Shown one piece after another: positions 1-10,983 of a stretch of DNA of 64,000 bases; within the stretch, counting starts at the first letter, position 1, and each line of letters starts with the position of its first letter. Location: the NCBI GenBank assembly GCA_007122335.1, contig SKTZ01000014.1:6170-70169 (forward strand), written 5' to 3'. The position numbers and the translations under genes are program-made. This DNA comes from Bacillota bacterium (GTDB lineage: Bacteria > Bacillota > Halanaerobiia > B1SED10-174). A model generated the notes under the pieces. That model ran no database searches and had not been told where the DNA came from. It saw nothing but the letters and a program-made list of their open reading frames with translations.

Positions 1-31
1 ATAAGTAGCTGGGGAGAGAGGAGGTGCCACC

Positions 32-574
32 ATGGCTGTGCTTAGAGAACAGTACAGAGAAGAAATCGTTCCCAATTTAATGGAGCGATTCAAATATAAG
101 AATGTGATGGAAGTTCCCAAGCTGGACAGGATTGTTGTTAATCTTGGAGTTGGCGAAGCCAAGGATGATGTTAAGGCACTTGATGATGCGGTCAGCCAAT
201 TGACCCAAATTACCGGGCAAAAGCCGGTAATTACCAAGGCCAAAAAATCCATAGCCAATTTTAAAATCAGGGCTGGAATGCCTGTAGGTTGCAAGGTTAC
301 CCTGCGGGGAGAATTAATGTATGAATTCTTTTACAAGCTGGTTACCGTCGCCCTGCCCCGGATTCGAGATTTTAGAGGAGTATCCACCCGGTCTTTTGAT
401 GGTCGTGGAAATTACTCACTTGGGATCAGGGAAATGACCGTGTTCCCGGAAATCGATATTGATAATATTGATAAGGTGCGAGGAATGGACATTATTATTG
501 TAACTTCCGCCCAAACCGACGAAGAAGCCCAGGAGCTTCTGGCCCGGTTGGGAATGCCTTTTAAGAAGGACTGA
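32..574 (+). CDS. rplE: 50S ribosomal protein L5
   Basis: 180-aa ORF with classic L5 sequence ([20 protein letters not shown]...). First gene of the spc-operon remnant in this window. A GGAGG ribosome-binding site lies upstream. Confidence 0.95.
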   Translation: MAVLREQYREEIVPNLMERFKYKNVMEVPKLDRIVVNLGVGEAKDDVKALDDAVSQLTQITGQKPVITKAKKSIANFKIRAGMPVGCKVTLRGELMYEFFYKLVTVALPRIRDFRGVSTRSFDGRGNYSLGIREMTVFPEIDIDNIDKVRGMDIIIVTSAQTDEEAQELLARLGMPFKKD

Positions 575-588
575 AAGGGGGAAAACGT

Positions 589-774
589 GTGGCACGAAAG
601 AGCCAGATAGAGCGAGAAAAGCACGGCGAGAAATATGACACCCGCAAGGTTCGACGCTGCCGTCGCTGCGGTCGGGCCCGGGGAGTTCTCCGTAGATTTG
701 AAATATGCCGAATTTGTTTCCGTGAATTGGCCCATAAAGGGGAAATTCCCGGAGTCAAAAAGGCCAGCTGGTGA
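589..774 (+). CDS. rpsN: 30S ribosomal protein S14 type Z (zinc-binding)
   Basis: 61-aa ORF with a CxxC...CxxC zinc ribbon ([23 protein letters not shown]). It sits between L5 and S8 as in the spc operon. Confidence 0.9.
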   Translation: MARKSQIEREKHGEKYDTRKVRRCRRCGRARGVLRRFEICRICFRELAHKGEIPGVKKASW

Positions 775-807
775 TTAATTTTATGAAAGAGAGGAGGTTG
801 GCATTAC

Positions 808-1209
808 ATGGCAATGACTGACCCCGTAGCTGATATGCTAACCAGGATTAGGAATGCAAATATGGCCCAGAAAGATAATGTTGATATCCCTACCTCCAAG
901 TTGAAGGCCAGAATTGCGGAAATCCTAAAAGAGGAAGGGTTTATCAAAAATTTCAAAGAAATTGAAGGAGGCAATCCTCAGGGGATTCTTCGCCTTCAAT
1001 TAAAATACGGCCCAGATGGAGAAAAAGTTATTACAGGTTTGAAAAGAATAAGTAAGCCGGGAATGCGTGTTTACGCCAAAAAAGATGAAATTCCCCGGGT
1101 ATTAGGCGGCCTGGGAATCGCAATAATTTCAACCAGCCAGGGAGTAGTGACCGATCGTGAAGCCCGGAAGATGGATCTGGGTGGAGAGGTCATCTGCTAT
1201 GTTTGGTAA
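808..1209 (+). CDS. rpsH: 30S ribosomal protein S8
   Basis: 133-aa ORF. The [15 protein letters not shown] motif is diagnostic of S8. Confidence 0.95.
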   Translation: MAMTDPVADMLTRIRNANMAQKDNVDIPTSKLKARIAEILKEEGFIKNFKEIEGGNPQGILRLQLKYGPDGEKVITGLKRISKPGMRVYAKKDEIPRVLGGLGIAIISTSQGVVTDREARKMDLGGEVICYVW

Positions 1210-1223
1210 GGGAGGTGACTTAA

Positions 1224-1763
1224 TTGTCCCGTATTGGTAAAAAACCGATTCCTATTCCCGAGGGAGTAGAAGTGAAAATAAAAAAGGACAGTGTTGAAGT
1301 CAAGGGACCCAAAGGGACCCTTACCCAGTCCCTGCACCGGTACGCCAAGGTGAAAGAAGAAGATGGCCAGGTATTTGTAGAGGTTCCTGGTAAGGAAAAA
1401 CGGTTCCGAGCTATCCAGGGTTTGACCAGGAGCTTAATTTCCAGCATGATTGAAGGAGTAACCAAGGGTTACGAAAAGAGGCTGGAGATGGTAGGTACCG
1501 GTTACCGGGGAGCGATGAAAGGGAAAAACATTGAATTACAGCTCGGATTTTCTCATCCAGTTGTAATAGAACCACTTCATGGAATTGAACTGGCCATGGA
1601 AGGCAACACAAAAATTATTGTCAAGGGAATCGATAAACAAAAAGTGGGCCAGATGGCTGCCGATATACGCCAGATTCGCAAACCCAACCCCTATAGTGGC
1701 AAGGGTGTTCGTTATGAAGGCGAATATGTCCGGCGCAAGGTTGGTAAAGCCGGTGCCCAATAA
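1224..1763 (+). CDS. rplF: 50S ribosomal protein L6
   Basis: 179-aa ORF. MSRIGKKPIPIPEGVEV is a typical L6 N-terminus. Confidence 0.95.
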   Translation: MSRIGKKPIPIPEGVEVKIKKDSVEVKGPKGTLTQSLHRYAKVKEEDGQVFVEVPGKEKRFRAIQGLTRSLISSMIEGVTKGYEKRLEMVGTGYRGAMKGKNIELQLGFSHPVVIEPLHGIELAMEGNTKIIVKGIDKQKVGQMAADIRQIRKPNPYSGKGVRYEGEYVRRKVGKAGAQ

Positions 1764-1787
1764 GGTGTAGAAAAAGGAGTGAGGGCC

Positions 1788-2147
1788 ATGAAAAACAAGA
1801 GACAGATGCGGCACAGCCGGCATCTTAGAGTAAGAAATAAAGTAACAGGAACCCCCGAGCGGCCCCGCCTCAATGTCTACCGTAGCTTGAAAAATATCTA
1901 TGCCCAGATTATTGATGATGTTAGCGGACATACCCTGGTTGCAGCCTCTTCGATGGAGAACGGTGTAAAAGAGGGACTTGAAAAAACCGGGAATAAAGAC
2001 GCAGCAAAAAAAGTAGGCGAGTTAATCGCTGAAAGGGCAGTTGCTAAAGGTATTGAGCGGGTAGTATTTGACCGGGGAGGTAACCTCTACCACGGCCGGG
2101 TTAAAGCCCTGGCAGATGGAGCTCGTGAAAAAGGGCTTAAATTTTAA
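1788..2147 (+). CDS. rplR: 50S ribosomal protein L18
   Basis: The ORF track starts at GTG 1779. ATG 1788 ([16 protein letters not shown]...) has better spacing from the AAGGAG ribosome-binding site. Sequence is L18-like and the gene sits between L6 and S5. Confidence 0.9.
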   Translation: MKNKRQMRHSRHLRVRNKVTGTPERPRLNVYRSLKNIYAQIIDDVSGHTLVAASSMENGVKEGLEKTGNKDAAKKVGELIAERAVAKGIERVVFDRGGNLYHGRVKALADGAREKGLKF

Positions 2148-2165
2148 GCGGAAGGAGGGTAATAT

Positions 2166-2666
2166 TTGACTGCAAAAGATGTTCAAGAAAAGGAATTTAT
2201 TGAAAAGGTAGTTAATATAAATCGGGTAGCAAAAGTTGTAAAAGGTGGACGCAGGTTTAGCTTTAGCGCCCTGGTTGTAGTAGGAGACGGAGAAGGCAAG
2301 GTTGGTGTTGGCCTGGGGAAAGCGAACGAAGTTCCCGATGCAATCAGAAAAGGCGTTGATGATGCAAAAAAAGAGATGGTCGAAGTTCCTATGATTGGAA
2401 CCACCATACCTCATGGAATTACCGGGCAGTTTGGAGCCGGGCGTGTCCTTTTAAAACCGGCCTCGAAAGGAACCGGTGTAATTGCTGGGGGAGCAGTGAG
2501 GGCGGTTCTTGAAGCAGCAGGAGTTTCAGATATCCTTACCAAATCTCTGGGTTCTGATAATCCGCTGAATATGGCTTCTGCAACCATGGAGGCCCTTCGC
2601 GGCCTTAAAAGACCTGAAGAAGTTGCCAAACTCCGCGGAAAAGAAATAAAAGACTTTATGGGTTAG
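2166..2666 (+). CDS. rpsE: 30S ribosomal protein S5
   Basis: 166-aa ORF with [24 protein letters not shown], which is diagnostic of S5. Confidence 0.95.
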   Translation: MTAKDVQEKEFIEKVVNINRVAKVVKGGRRFSFSALVVVGDGEGKVGVGLGKANEVPDAIRKGVDDAKKEMVEVPMIGTTIPHGITGQFGAGRVLLKPASKGTGVIAGGAVRAVLEAAGVSDILTKSLGSDNPLNMASATMEALRGLKRPEEVAKLRGKEIKDFMG

Positions 2667-2687
2667 TCCTAGAAGGAGGGGAAAGAA

Positions 2688-3125
2688 ATGCGAATTCATG
2701 ACCTTAAACCCCGTCCGGCTAGCCGAAAAAACAGGAAAAGGGTAGGCCGGGGAACCGGTTCCGGTCTGGGAACCCACGCCGGGCGCGGCGATGGAGGACA
2801 GAACTCCCGCGCTGGAGGTAGTGTTCGCCTGAGTTTTGAAGGTGGGCAAATGCCCCTGTTTAGGAGGTTGCCAAAAAGAGGTTTTAAGAATATTTTTGCC
2901 GATAAGTATTCGGCAGTGAATGTCCGGGCCCTGAACCGTTTCGAAGAGGGAACGGAAATTACTCCAGAAATTTTACTGGAGGCCGGACTTGTAAAAAGAA
3001 GGGACAAGGTAAAAATCCTGGGAGATGGTGAATTAAAACACTCCCTGACTATCAAAGCTCACAAATTCACCAAAGCTGCCCTGGAGAAAATTGAAGCAGC
3101 CGGTGGCAGGGCGGAGGTGCTATAA
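2688..3125 (+). CDS. rplO: 50S ribosomal protein L15
   Basis: 145-aa ORF with [18 protein letters not shown], the Gly-rich L15 motif. It follows S5 directly (21-nt gap), so no L30 gene is present. Confidence 0.95.
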   Translation: MRIHDLKPRPASRKNRKRVGRGTGSGLGTHAGRGDGGQNSRAGGSVRLSFEGGQMPLFRRLPKRGFKNIFADKYSAVNVRALNRFEEGTEITPEILLEAGLVKRRDKVKILGDGELKHSLTIKAHKFTKAALEKIEAAGGRAEVL

Positions 3126-4385
3126 ATGCTTACTGCACTCTCAAATGCATTAAAAGTAAAAGAACTCCGCAAGAAAATCCTGTTCATCTTTGCTATGATT
3201 ACTGTTTACCGGCTGGGTTCTTTTGTCCCGGTTCCGGGAGTAGATCCGGCCCAATTCCGGGAATTAATTGAAGCCGGCGGTATCCTTGGTTTACTTGACC
3301 TTTTTACCGGCGGTGCCCTGGCTCGTTTTACCATCTTCGCAATGGGGATCAGTCCCTATATTACCGCATCTATTATCATGCAGCTCCTTACGGCAGTTGT
3401 TCCCAAGCTGGAACAGCTTTCCAAGGAAGGGCCTGAGGGCAGGAAAATAATTGCCCAGTATACCCGTTATGCTACTGTTGTTCTTGGATTTGTCCAGGGT
3501 ATTGGTTTTACCATGTTTATTCAGAACATGGGAGCAATCCCGGATCCGAACATTGTTAGCCTGGGAATTATTGTCCTAACTCTTACCGCAGGAACTGCTT
3601 TCCTGATGTGGTTGGGAGAGCAAATTACGGAAAAAGGAATTGGAAATGGTATATCGATTCTGATTTTCACCTCGATTATTTCCGTTTATCCGAGCGTGTT
3701 CTTTGATACAATTGAGCGCTTCCAGCTCGGAACTGTATCTATCTGGAACCTCCTGATCTTTGTTGTTGCCGGGCTCGCCCTCGTGGCTGCAATTATCTTT
3801 GTTCAGCAGGGTGAGAGAAGGATACCGGTTCAATATTCCAAGCGGGTGGTAGGACGCCGTATTTACGGCGGGCGTTCAACACATATCCCGATGAAGGTAA
3901 ACCAGGCTGGTGTTATTCCTGTAATTTTTGCTTCCAGTGTGCTGGCTTTCCCAGTGACCATAGCCCAATTACTTCCCTTTGGATGGGCCCAGAGTCTGGC
4001 AGAAGCCCTGCAGCCTGAAGGAGCTCTTTATCTGGGAACTTTTGCTGCTATGATTATTTTCTTCACTTACTTTTATACAGCGATCACTTTCAACCCGCAG
4101 GAAGTATCAGATAACATTAAAAAATACGGTGGTTTTGTTCCGGGATTACGTCCGGGTCGTTCAACTGCCTCCTATATGGACCGAATTTTAACGAGAATAA
4201 CCCTGGCTGGGGCTGTCTTCCTGGCAATAGTTGCAATCCTGCCCAACTTTATGCTTCCGCTTACACGGATTAACATTGAATTTGGTGGAACATCACTGCT
4301 GATTGTAACAGGTGTCGCTCTTGAAACCATGAAGCAAATCGAATCTCACCTTCTCATGCGCCATTACGAAGGTTTTATGCGTTAG
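3126..4385 (+). CDS. secY: preprotein translocase subunit SecY
   Basis: 419-aa polytopic membrane protein with SecY signature segments, in the conserved position after rplO. Confidence 0.95.
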   Translation: MLTALSNALKVKELRKKILFIFAMITVYRLGSFVPVPGVDPAQFRELIEAGGILGLLDLFTGGALARFTIFAMGISPYITASIIMQLLTAVVPKLEQLSKEGPEGRKIIAQYTRYATVVLGFVQGIGFTMFIQNMGAIPDPNIVSLGIIVLTLTAGTAFLMWLGEQITEKGIGNGISILIFTSIISVYPSVFFDTIERFQLGTVSIWNLLIFVVAGLALVAAIIFVQQGERRIPVQYSKRVVGRRIYGGRSTHIPMKVNQAGVIPVIFASSVLAFPVTIAQLLPFGWAQSLAEALQPEGALYLGTFAAMIIFFTYFYTAITFNPQEVSDNIKKYGGFVPGLRPGRSTASYMDRILTRITLAGAVFLAIVAILPNFMLPLTRINIEFGGTSLLIVTGVALETMKQIESHLLMRHYEGFMR

Positions 4386-4395
4386 GAGGACTTTT

Positions 4396-5043
4396 ATGAA
4401 CATCGTTTTTTTGGGACTACCGGGAACGGGAAAAGGAACACAGGCAGAGGAACTTGCCGGCGAATTGAGGATCCCCCATATTGCCACGGGTGATATTTTT
4501 CGCCAGGCAATCAGTCAGGGAACCGACCTGGGAAAAAAGGCAAAAAAGTTCCTTGATTCTGGAGAGCTTGTTCCTGATGAAGTTACCTGTGGAATGGTTA
4601 AGGAAAGGTTGATGCAGGAAGATGCAGCTTCGGGTTTTATCCTTGACGGTTTCCCCCGAACCCTTCCCCAGGCCGAGGCTTTAGACCGGATAATGGATGA
4701 ACTGAACCGGGAACTGGAAAAGATTGTTTTCTTCTCCGCTCCCGAAGAGGTTCTGGTCATGAGACTTGCGGGCAGGCGAGTATGCTCAGAATGCGGAACT
4801 ACCTATCACATCGAGCATAATCCTCCCTCTCAGGAAGGGATTTGCGATAAATGTGGAGGGAAGCTGATCCAGCGCGAAGATGACCGGGAGGAAACTGTAG
4901 TCCGTCGACTCCAGGTAAACAGGGATAAAACTCAGCAACTGGTGAATTACTATGAAAAGCAAGGAAAACTGACTACAATCGATGCTGATCGTTCGCTGGA
5001 AGAAGTTAAAATACAACTAAAAGAAGCAGTGGCCTCCCCATGA
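4396..5043 (+). CDS. adk: adenylate kinase
   Basis: 215-aa ORF with a GLPGTGKGTQ P-loop and the CxxC...CxxC zinc lid (CSECG...CDKCG). Conserved position after secY. Confidence 0.95.
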   Translation: MNIVFLGLPGTGKGTQAEELAGELRIPHIATGDIFRQAISQGTDLGKKAKKFLDSGELVPDEVTCGMVKERLMQEDAASGFILDGFPRTLPQAEALDRIMDELNRELEKIVFFSAPEEVLVMRLAGRRVCSECGTTYHIEHNPPSQEGICDKCGGKLIQREDDREETVVRRLQVNRDKTQQLVNYYEKQGKLTTIDADRSLEEVKIQLKEAVASP

Positions 5044-5786
5044 TTATCTGTAAATCAAAGCGGGAAATCGATTATTTGCTGAAAGCTGGTTCCATTGCAG
5101 CCCAGGCCCAGGAGAAGATGGCTGAATTAATCGCTCCGGGAATAACTACAGGGGAAATTGATCGCCTGGCAGAAGAATTCATTTCTCGAAATGGTGCCCG
5201 ACCAGCCTTCAAAGGTTATCGGGGCTTCCCCGCAAGTGTATGTTCCTCAGTTAATGACCAAGTAGTCCACGGAATTCCAGGCGATCGAGTTTTAAAAGAA
5301 GGCGATATTGTAAGCCTGGATGTGGGAACAATAATGGACGGATTTTACGGAGATTGTGCTCGCACCGTTCCAGTGGGAAAGGTTAGCAGGGAAGCAGAAC
5401 AACTTATCGAGGTTACCCGTAAGAGCCTGGAAGAAGGAATTGCCAGGGCTCAAGAGGGAGGAAGACTTACTGATATTTCCCACGCCATTCAGAATTATGT
5501 TGAACAACATGGATATTCGGTTGTCAGGGATTATGTGGGACACGGTATTGGCAGGTCGATGCATGAAGCTCCCCAGATTCCAAACTTTGGGCCACCAAAC
5601 CGAGGACCCCGGCTGAAGAAGGGTATGACCCTGGCGATAGAACCCATGGTAAATTGCGGGAGCTATGAGGTTAAGACCCTGAAAGATGGTTGGACGGTTG
5701 TAACCTGTGATGGAAGTCTTTCTGCTCACTTTGAAGATTCCATTGCGATTGATGGTGACAGGGCCCAAATCCTGACCAAACCTTAA
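5040..5786 (+). CDS. map: type I methionine aminopeptidase
   Basis: 248-aa ORF. The DIVSLDVG and HGIG..MHE metal-ligand motifs match Map. It overlaps the adk stop by 4 nt. Confidence 0.93.
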   Translation: MIICKSKREIDYLLKAGSIAAQAQEKMAELIAPGITTGEIDRLAEEFISRNGARPAFKGYRGFPASVCSSVNDQVVHGIPGDRVLKEGDIVSLDVGTIMDGFYGDCARTVPVGKVSREAEQLIEVTRKSLEEGIARAQEGGRLTDISHAIQNYVEQHGYSVVRDYVGHGIGRSMHEAPQIPNFGPPNRGPRLKKGMTLAIEPMVNCGSYEVKTLKDGWTVVTCDGSLSAHFEDSIAIDGDRAQILTKP

Positions 5787-5787
5787 A

Positions 5788-5817
5788 TTGCATTATATGC
5801 TTTTGCTGTGTTATAAT
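5788..5817 (+). promoter_or_regulatory. sigma-A-type promoter
   Basis: TTGCAT at 5788-5793 (-35), an 18-nt spacer, and TGtTATAAT with -10 at 5812-5817. It lies upstream of the KOW-infA-rpmJ-rpsM-rpsK-rpsD-rpoA-rplQ block. Confidence 0.5.
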
Positions 5818-5837
5818 ATTTAGCTGAGGTGATTTAA

Positions 5838-6134
5838 ATGGCCAGCAATTTTTCGCTGGGCCAGGTTGTTCAGTCCAAAGCCGGGAGAGACAAAGAAAAA
5901 CTTTATGTTGTGGTTGACATTGAAGGGAACCAGAGCTTTCTTTATCTTGCAGATGGTGAAACCCGAAAAGTTGAAAAACCAAAGAAAAAAAATCCCAGGC
6001 ACCTGAATCGCCTCAACCTGGTTATTGAGGAAATCAAGGCCAAGGAAAAGGCCGGGATGAGAATTACCAACAGGGAAATTGCGAGTGCGCTGCAGAAGGT
6101 GCGGGAAAAAGATCACAATAATAAGGAGGTCTAG
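5838..6134 (+). CDS. KOW-domain RNA-binding protein (conserved Firmicutes gene between map and infA)
   Basis: 98-aa basic ORF ([23 protein letters not shown] is a KOW-like motif). Position is conserved in Clostridia and Bacilli. Confidence 0.7.
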   Translation: MASNFSLGQVVQSKAGRDKEKLYVVVDIEGNQSFLYLADGETRKVEKPKKKNPRHLNRLNLVIEEIKAKEKAGMRITNREIASALQKVREKDHNNKEV

Positions 6135-6142
6135 CCGGCCCC

Positions 6143-6361
6143 ATGCCAAAAGAAGAGGCTATTGAAGTTGAAGGGACCGTTGTGGAGCCCTTACCCAACG
6201 CTATGTTTTGGGTAGAATTGAAAAATGGCCATAAGATACTGGCCCATGTTTCGGGTAAGATGCGAATGAATTTTATCCGGATTCTTCCCGGAGATCGGGT
6301 GACTGTTGAGCTGTCTCCCTATGATCTAACCCGGGGCAGAATAACCTACCGTCATAAGTAG
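6143..6361 (+). CDS. infA: translation initiation factor IF-1
   Basis: 72-aa [35 protein letters not shown] is near-identical to the IF-1 consensus. Confidence 0.97.
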   Translation: MPKEEAIEVEGTVVEPLPNAMFWVELKNGHKILAHVSGKMRMNFIRILPGDRVTVELSPYDLTRGRITYRHK

Positions 6362-6493
<132 letters not shown>

Positions 6494-6507
6494 AGAGGGG
6501 GTAAAGT

Positions 6508-6876
6508 ATGGCCAGAATAGAAGGTGTTGATCTGCCCAGAGATAAGCGAGTTGCAATCGGCCTTACCTATATATACGGGATTGGCAAGTCACTTGCCCAG
6601 ACAATCCTGGAAAGGGCCGAAATTGATCTTAATACCCGAGTTCGGGATCTAACCGAAGCTGAAATAACCCGGCTTCGCAAAGAAGTAGGAGAGTTGCAGG
6701 TTGAAGGAGAATTGCGGCGGGAAGTCCGCGGCAATATTAAACGCTTGATGGATATTGGAAGTTACCGCGGCCTGCGTCACCGGCGGAATGTTCCCGTAAG
6801 GGGACAGAGAACCAGAACTAATGCCCGGACCAGAAAAGGACCCAAGAAAACTGTTGGTGTCCGCAGGGGTCGCTAA
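6508..6876 (+). CDS. rpsM: 30S ribosomal protein S13
   Basis: 122-aa [29 protein letters not shown] is a typical S13 N-terminus. Confidence 0.95.
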   Translation: MARIEGVDLPRDKRVAIGLTYIYGIGKSLAQTILERAEIDLNTRVRDLTEAEITRLRKEVGELQVEGELRREVRGNIKRLMDIGSYRGLRHRRNVPVRGQRTRTNARTRKGPKKTVGVRRGR

Positions 6877-6892
6877 AGGAGGTTGAGATATA

Positions 6893-7291
6893 ATGTCTAA
6901 AGGAAAATCCCGGAGTAGAAGAACCAAAAAGAAAGTAAGAAAAAATATAGAACGCGGTCAGGCACATATCAAGTCTACCTTTAACAATACCGTGGTAACT
7001 CTAACTGATATGGAAGGGAACGTTATTTCCTGGGCTTCTGGCGGCAATATGGGTTACAAGGGATCCAGAAAGAGTACTCCCTTTGCTGCCCAGATGGCTG
7101 CTGAAAAAGCGGCCAAGGATGCCATGGAGCACGGTTTAACCCAGGTAGAAGTATATGTGAAGGGCCCCGGAGCGGGAAGAGAATCTGCGATCAGGTCCCT
7201 GCAATCTGCAGGCCTGGAAGTAAGCCTGATCAAGGATGTTACTCCAATCCCTCACAACGGATGCCGTCCGCCGAAAAGGCGCCGTGTATAA
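6893..7291 (+). CDS. rpsK: 30S ribosomal protein S11
   Basis: 132-aa ORF with the S11 C-terminal motif [13 protein letters not shown]. Confidence 0.95.
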   Translation: MSKGKSRSRRTKKKVRKNIERGQAHIKSTFNNTVVTLTDMEGNVISWASGGNMGYKGSRKSTPFAAQMAAEKAAKDAMEHGLTQVEVYVKGPGAGRESAIRSLQSAGLEVSLIKDVTPIPHNGCRPPKRRRV

Positions 7292-7309
7292 TACAATCGA
7301 GGAGGTGTA

Positions 7310-7942
7310 ATGATGGCTAGATATACCAAGGCAGTTTGTCGCCTTTGCAGGCGAGAAGGAACAAAACTTTATCTCAAAGGCGAACGCTGCTATACTGATA
7401 AATGTGCTATTACAAAAAGACCCGGGAAACCCGGCGAGCATACTCAGGAACGCAGAGGAAAAATGTCCGATCACGGCTTGCAGCTGCGGGAAAAACAAAA
7501 GGTTCGCCGCACCTATGGTCTGCAGGAAAAGCAATTCAGAAGATACTTTAAAGAAGCTGAAAGACAGCAGGGAATTACCGGCGAAAACTTCCTGAAAATT
7601 CTCGAGAGCAGGCTGGATAATGTAATTTATCGGCTAAACCTTGCTCGTTCCCGTCCCGAAGCTCGCCAGATTGTTCTGCACGGACACGTGCTGGTCAATA
7701 ACAGGCGGGTTAATATTCCTTCCTTTCTGGTAAAGGAGGGGGATGTAATCAGCATTAAGGAAAAAAGCCGGGGGCTGGCTCATATTAAAGAAATTCTGGA
7801 AACAAATGAAGGGCGAGGAGTTCCCTCCTGGCTCGAAGTTGATCTGGAAAAGGCAACTGGAAAAGTCCTCGGAGAACCGCGGCGTGAAGACCTTGACATG
7901 GAATTTGAGGAACACCTGATTGTTGAATACTACTCCCGTTAA
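7310..7942 (+). CDS. rpsD: 30S ribosomal protein S4
   Basis: 210-aa ORF ([16 protein letters not shown]...). An S4 domain is present. Confidence 0.95.
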   Translation: MMARYTKAVCRLCRREGTKLYLKGERCYTDKCAITKRPGKPGEHTQERRGKMSDHGLQLREKQKVRRTYGLQEKQFRRYFKEAERQQGITGENFLKILESRLDNVIYRLNLARSRPEARQIVLHGHVLVNNRRVNIPSFLVKEGDVISIKEKSRGLAHIKEILETNEGRGVPSWLEVDLEKATGKVLGEPRREDLDMEFEEHLIVEYYSR

Positions 7943-7964
7943 ATTGTAAAGGAGGGGGAAATGG

Positions 7965-8906
7965 ATGATAGAAATAGAAAAGCCCCGTATTGAGGTTGTG
8001 GAGAGCACCCCGACGTACGGAAAGTTTGTAGTCACCCCATTAGAGCGGGGCTTTGGTATTACTCTTGGTAATGCCCTCCGCCGTGTTCTCCTTTCCTCGC
8101 TGCCCGGAGCTGCGGTGACCTCGGTCAAAATTGATGGAGTTCGCCACGAGTTTTCAACCATCCCCGGGGTGGTTGAGGATGTAACTGATATTGTTCTTAA
8201 CCTGAAAAACCTTGTCGTTAAGACATTTTCCGATGAACCCCAGACCTTAACTCTTGAAGCCAAGGGTTATGCCAAAGTTAAGGCGGAACAATTCACCTCT
8301 ACAGGGGATTTGGAGATAGTTAACCCTGATCTTTATATCGCAACTCTGAATGAAGATGCAGAATTACTGCTCGAAGTAACTGTAGAGAAAAACCGTGGTT
8401 ATGTTTCCGCAGAGGAACACAAATTGGAACAGGAACATGTAATAGGGATAATTCCCCTTGATGCTTCCTTCTCACCTGTTGAGAGGGTTAACTTCTCCGT
8501 TACAGATACCAGGGTTGGGCAGGTTACAGATTTTGACCGTCTGCAGGTTGAAGTTATGACCAACGGCAGTATACATCCTGAAGAAGCAGTTGCACTGGCA
8601 GCAAGGATTTTGCAGGAACATTTAAGCCTGTTTATTAATCTAACCAAAGAAGCCGGGGAAGTTGAGATTATGGTTGAAAAAGAAGAAGATGAGAAAGATA
8701 AAATTCTGGAGACAACCATTGAAGAACTTGAACTTTCGGTCCGTTCTTCCAATTGTCTCAAGCGAGCAGGGATAAATACCGTTGAACAGCTCACCAGTAA
8801 AACCGAGGAAGAATTAATGAAAGTTCGCAACCTTGGTAAAAAGTCTCTGGACGAGATAAAGGAAAAGCTCGAGAATTTAAATCTTTCTTTGCGTGAACCG
8901 GAATAA
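7965..8906 (+). CDS. rpoA: DNA-directed RNA polymerase alpha subunit
   Basis: 313-aa ORF with N-terminal and C-terminal domains typical of RpoA ([20 protein letters not shown] in the CTD). Confidence 0.95.
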   Translation: MIEIEKPRIEVVESTPTYGKFVVTPLERGFGITLGNALRRVLLSSLPGAAVTSVKIDGVRHEFSTIPGVVEDVTDIVLNLKNLVVKTFSDEPQTLTLEAKGYAKVKAEQFTSTGDLEIVNPDLYIATLNEDAELLLEVTVEKNRGYVSAEEHKLEQEHVIGIIPLDASFSPVERVNFSVTDTRVGQVTDFDRLQVEVMTNGSIHPEEAVALAARILQEHLSLFINLTKEAGEVEIMVEKEEDEKDKILETTIEELELSVRSSNCLKRAGINTVEQLTSKTEEELMKVRNLGKKSLDEIKEKLENLNLSLREPE

Positions 8907-8927
8907 TTGTAAGGGAGGTAAAGGCAG

Positions 8928-9269
8928 ATGGCTTACAGAAAATTAGGCGTTTCCAGTCCACACCGGCAGGCAATGCTGGCCAATATGGTTTGTTCTTTAA
9001 TTGAACATGGTCGGGTCACAACAACTCATTCCCGGGCCAAAGAGGCCAGTGCTGTAGCCGATAAAATGATAACTCTGGCCAAGGAAGGCAGTGCGCACTC
9101 TCGCAGGATTGCTTTCCGAACACTGCAGAACAAGAAAGCGGTTACAAACCTTTTTGATAATTTAAGCCCCAAATTTGCTGATCGTCAGGGTGGGTATACC
9201 CGGGTCCTTAAAATTGGCCCCCGTCGTGGAGACGGTGCTGAAATGGCCATCCTGGAACTGGTTGAATAA
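8928..9269 (+). CDS. rplQ: 50S ribosomal protein L17
   Basis: 113-aa ORF. MAYRKLGVSSPHRQAMLANM is a typical L17 start. Confidence 0.95.
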   Translation: MAYRKLGVSSPHRQAMLANMVCSLIEHGRVTTTHSRAKEASAVADKMITLAKEGSAHSRRIAFRTLQNKKAVTNLFDNLSPKFADRQGGYTRVLKIGPRRGDGAEMAILELVE

Positions 9270-9298
9270 TTTAAAAAGACCGCTGGGTGCGGTAGCAG

Positions 9299-10141
9299 GT
9301 GATCATTATGGCGTTTATTGAACTCAAAGATGTTTCCTATACCTATATTGAAGGGGATGAACCCCCGGTAACTGCTTTAAAAAACATCAATCTTTCCGTG
9401 GAAAAAGGAGAGATGATAGCCATAATTGGTCCCAATGGGTCGGGAAAGTCTACCCTGGCCAAGCTTTTTAACGGTCTTTTCCAACCAACTGAAGGCTCTG
9501 TTTCTGTTGGAGGTCTTAATACCAGTGATCAGGATAAAATATGGGATATCAGGCAGCAGGTAGGAATGGTTTTTCAAAATCCTGACAACCAGTTAATTGC
9601 AACCATGGTTGAAGAAGAAGTAGCTTTTGGCCCGGAAAACCTTGGTTTGCCTTCTGCTACTATTAAGGCAAGGGTGGACGAAGCCCTTGCCCTGGTTGGT
9701 CTGGAAGAATTCAGACAGGCCGCTCCGCACCACCTTTCGGGAGGACAAAAACAACGTGTGGCAATTGCCGGGATTTTTGCAATGCGCCCTGATTGTATTG
9801 TTTTTGATGAACCGACAGCGATGCTTGATCCCATGGGCCGTAAGGAAGTTATGGCTACAATCCAGAAATTGAGATCTGAAGGAAAAACCATTGTTTATAT
9901 AACCCATTTCATGGAAGAGGTTGTTGATTGTGACCGGGTTATCATCTTAAAAGAAGGTGAAAAAATCCTCGAAGGAACCCCCCTGGAAGTTTTTCAGGCC
10001 CGCGAATTGATAAAGGATGCTGACCTGGAATTGCCGGAAGTCCCTTACCTGGTCTACAGGTTGAGAGAGGCGGGGTTGCAACTTCCGGATGAAATCCTTA
10101 CCCCGGAAAGCCTGGTGGAAAAATTATGTTTGTTGAACTAA
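9299..10141 (+). CDS. ecfA1: ECF transporter ATPase subunit A1
   Basis: ABC ATPase with Walker A GPNGSGKST and signature LSGGQKQR. The true start is probably ATG 9308 (MAFIELKD). Position after rplQ is conserved. Confidence 0.9.
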   Translation: MIIMAFIELKDVSYTYIEGDEPPVTALKNINLSVEKGEMIAIIGPNGSGKSTLAKLFNGLFQPTEGSVSVGGLNTSDQDKIWDIRQQVGMVFQNPDNQLIATMVEEEVAFGPENLGLPSATIKARVDEALALVGLEEFRQAAPHHLSGGQKQRVAIAGIFAMRPDCIVFDEPTAMLDPMGRKEVMATIQKLRSEGKTIVYITHFMEEVVDCDRVIILKEGEKILEGTPLEVFQARELIKDADLELPEVPYLVYRLREAGLQLPDEILTPESLVEKLCLLN

Positions 10142-10983
10142 AAGATGTTTATTATCGTTACCAGGCAGGAGAAGAAGATATTTTACGCGGGGTCAACCTG
10201 GGAATAGAAAAGGGAGAATTTGTCGCCCTGGTCGGTCATACTGGCTCGGGTAAATCAACCCTGGTGCAGACTATTAATGGATTGCTGCGCCCTTCAAGCG
10301 GTCAGGTTTTGATTGAAGGCCGGGAAATTAAAGAGTGGGAGAGCCCTATCATGGTTCGGAAAAAGGTGGGGCTTGTTTTTCAGTACCCCGAACATCAACT
10401 TTTCGAGGAAACAGTTTTCAAGGATATTGCTTTTGGACCTAAAAACCTGGGCTGGTCAGAGAAGGAAATTAAGGAAAAAGTCAAACAGGCTATGGATTTT
10501 GTCCAGCTTGATTATGAAGAACTAAAAGACCGCTCTCCATTTGGTCTTTCAGGGGGCCAAAAAAGAAGAGCCGCCATTGCCGGCGTGCTGGCCATGGAAC
10601 CGGAACTTTTGATTCTGGATGAACCCATTGCGGGTTTGGACCCCCGGGGGCGAAGAAAACTTCTGGATAGGATCAACTGGCTTAACGAGGAACAGGGGAT
10701 AACTGTTCTTTTAATTTCGCACAGGATGGAAGACGCAGCCCGTAGAGCCCAAAAACTTTTTGTCATGAATCAGGGACAGATCGTTTTGCAGGGGTCTCCC
10801 CAGGAAATTTTTGAACAACGCGATGAATTATATGAAATTGGGCTGGAAATCCCCCCACTAAATGAGGTCCTCTGGCAACTGCGGAAGTGTGGGTATCCCG
10901 TTCGAACAGATATCTTTACCATTGAAGATGTTGAAGAAGAAATCCTCCGGCATTGGAGGGGATTTAGATGCTCAAAAATATAA
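10126..10983 (+). CDS. ecfA2: ECF transporter ATPase subunit A2
   Basis: Second ABC ATPase (GHTGSGKST, LSGGQKRR). It overlaps ecfA1 by 16 nt. Confidence 0.9.
   Translation: MFVELKDVYYRYQAGEEDILRGVNLGIEKGEFVALVGHTGSGKSTLVQTINGLLRPSSGQVLIEGREIKEWESPIMVRKKVGLVFQYPEHQLFEETVFKDIAFGPKNLGWSEKEIKEKVKQAMDFVQLDYEELKDRSPFGLSGGQKRRAAIAGVLAMEPELLILDEPIAGLDPRGRRKLLDRINWLNEEQGITVLLISHRMEDAARRAQKLFVMNQGQIVLQGSPQEIFEQRDELYEIGLEIPPLNEVLWQLRKCGYPVRTDIFTIEDVEEEILRHWRGFRCSKI

Noticed and set aside
7634-8263. 209-aa antisense ORF inside rpsD/rpoA
   Set aside because: It is a shadow ORF opposite highly conserved genes. The same applies to other long antisense ORFs (for example 16021-16737, 5292-5768, 19166-19714, 44713-45123, 53328-53870, 38357-38842).
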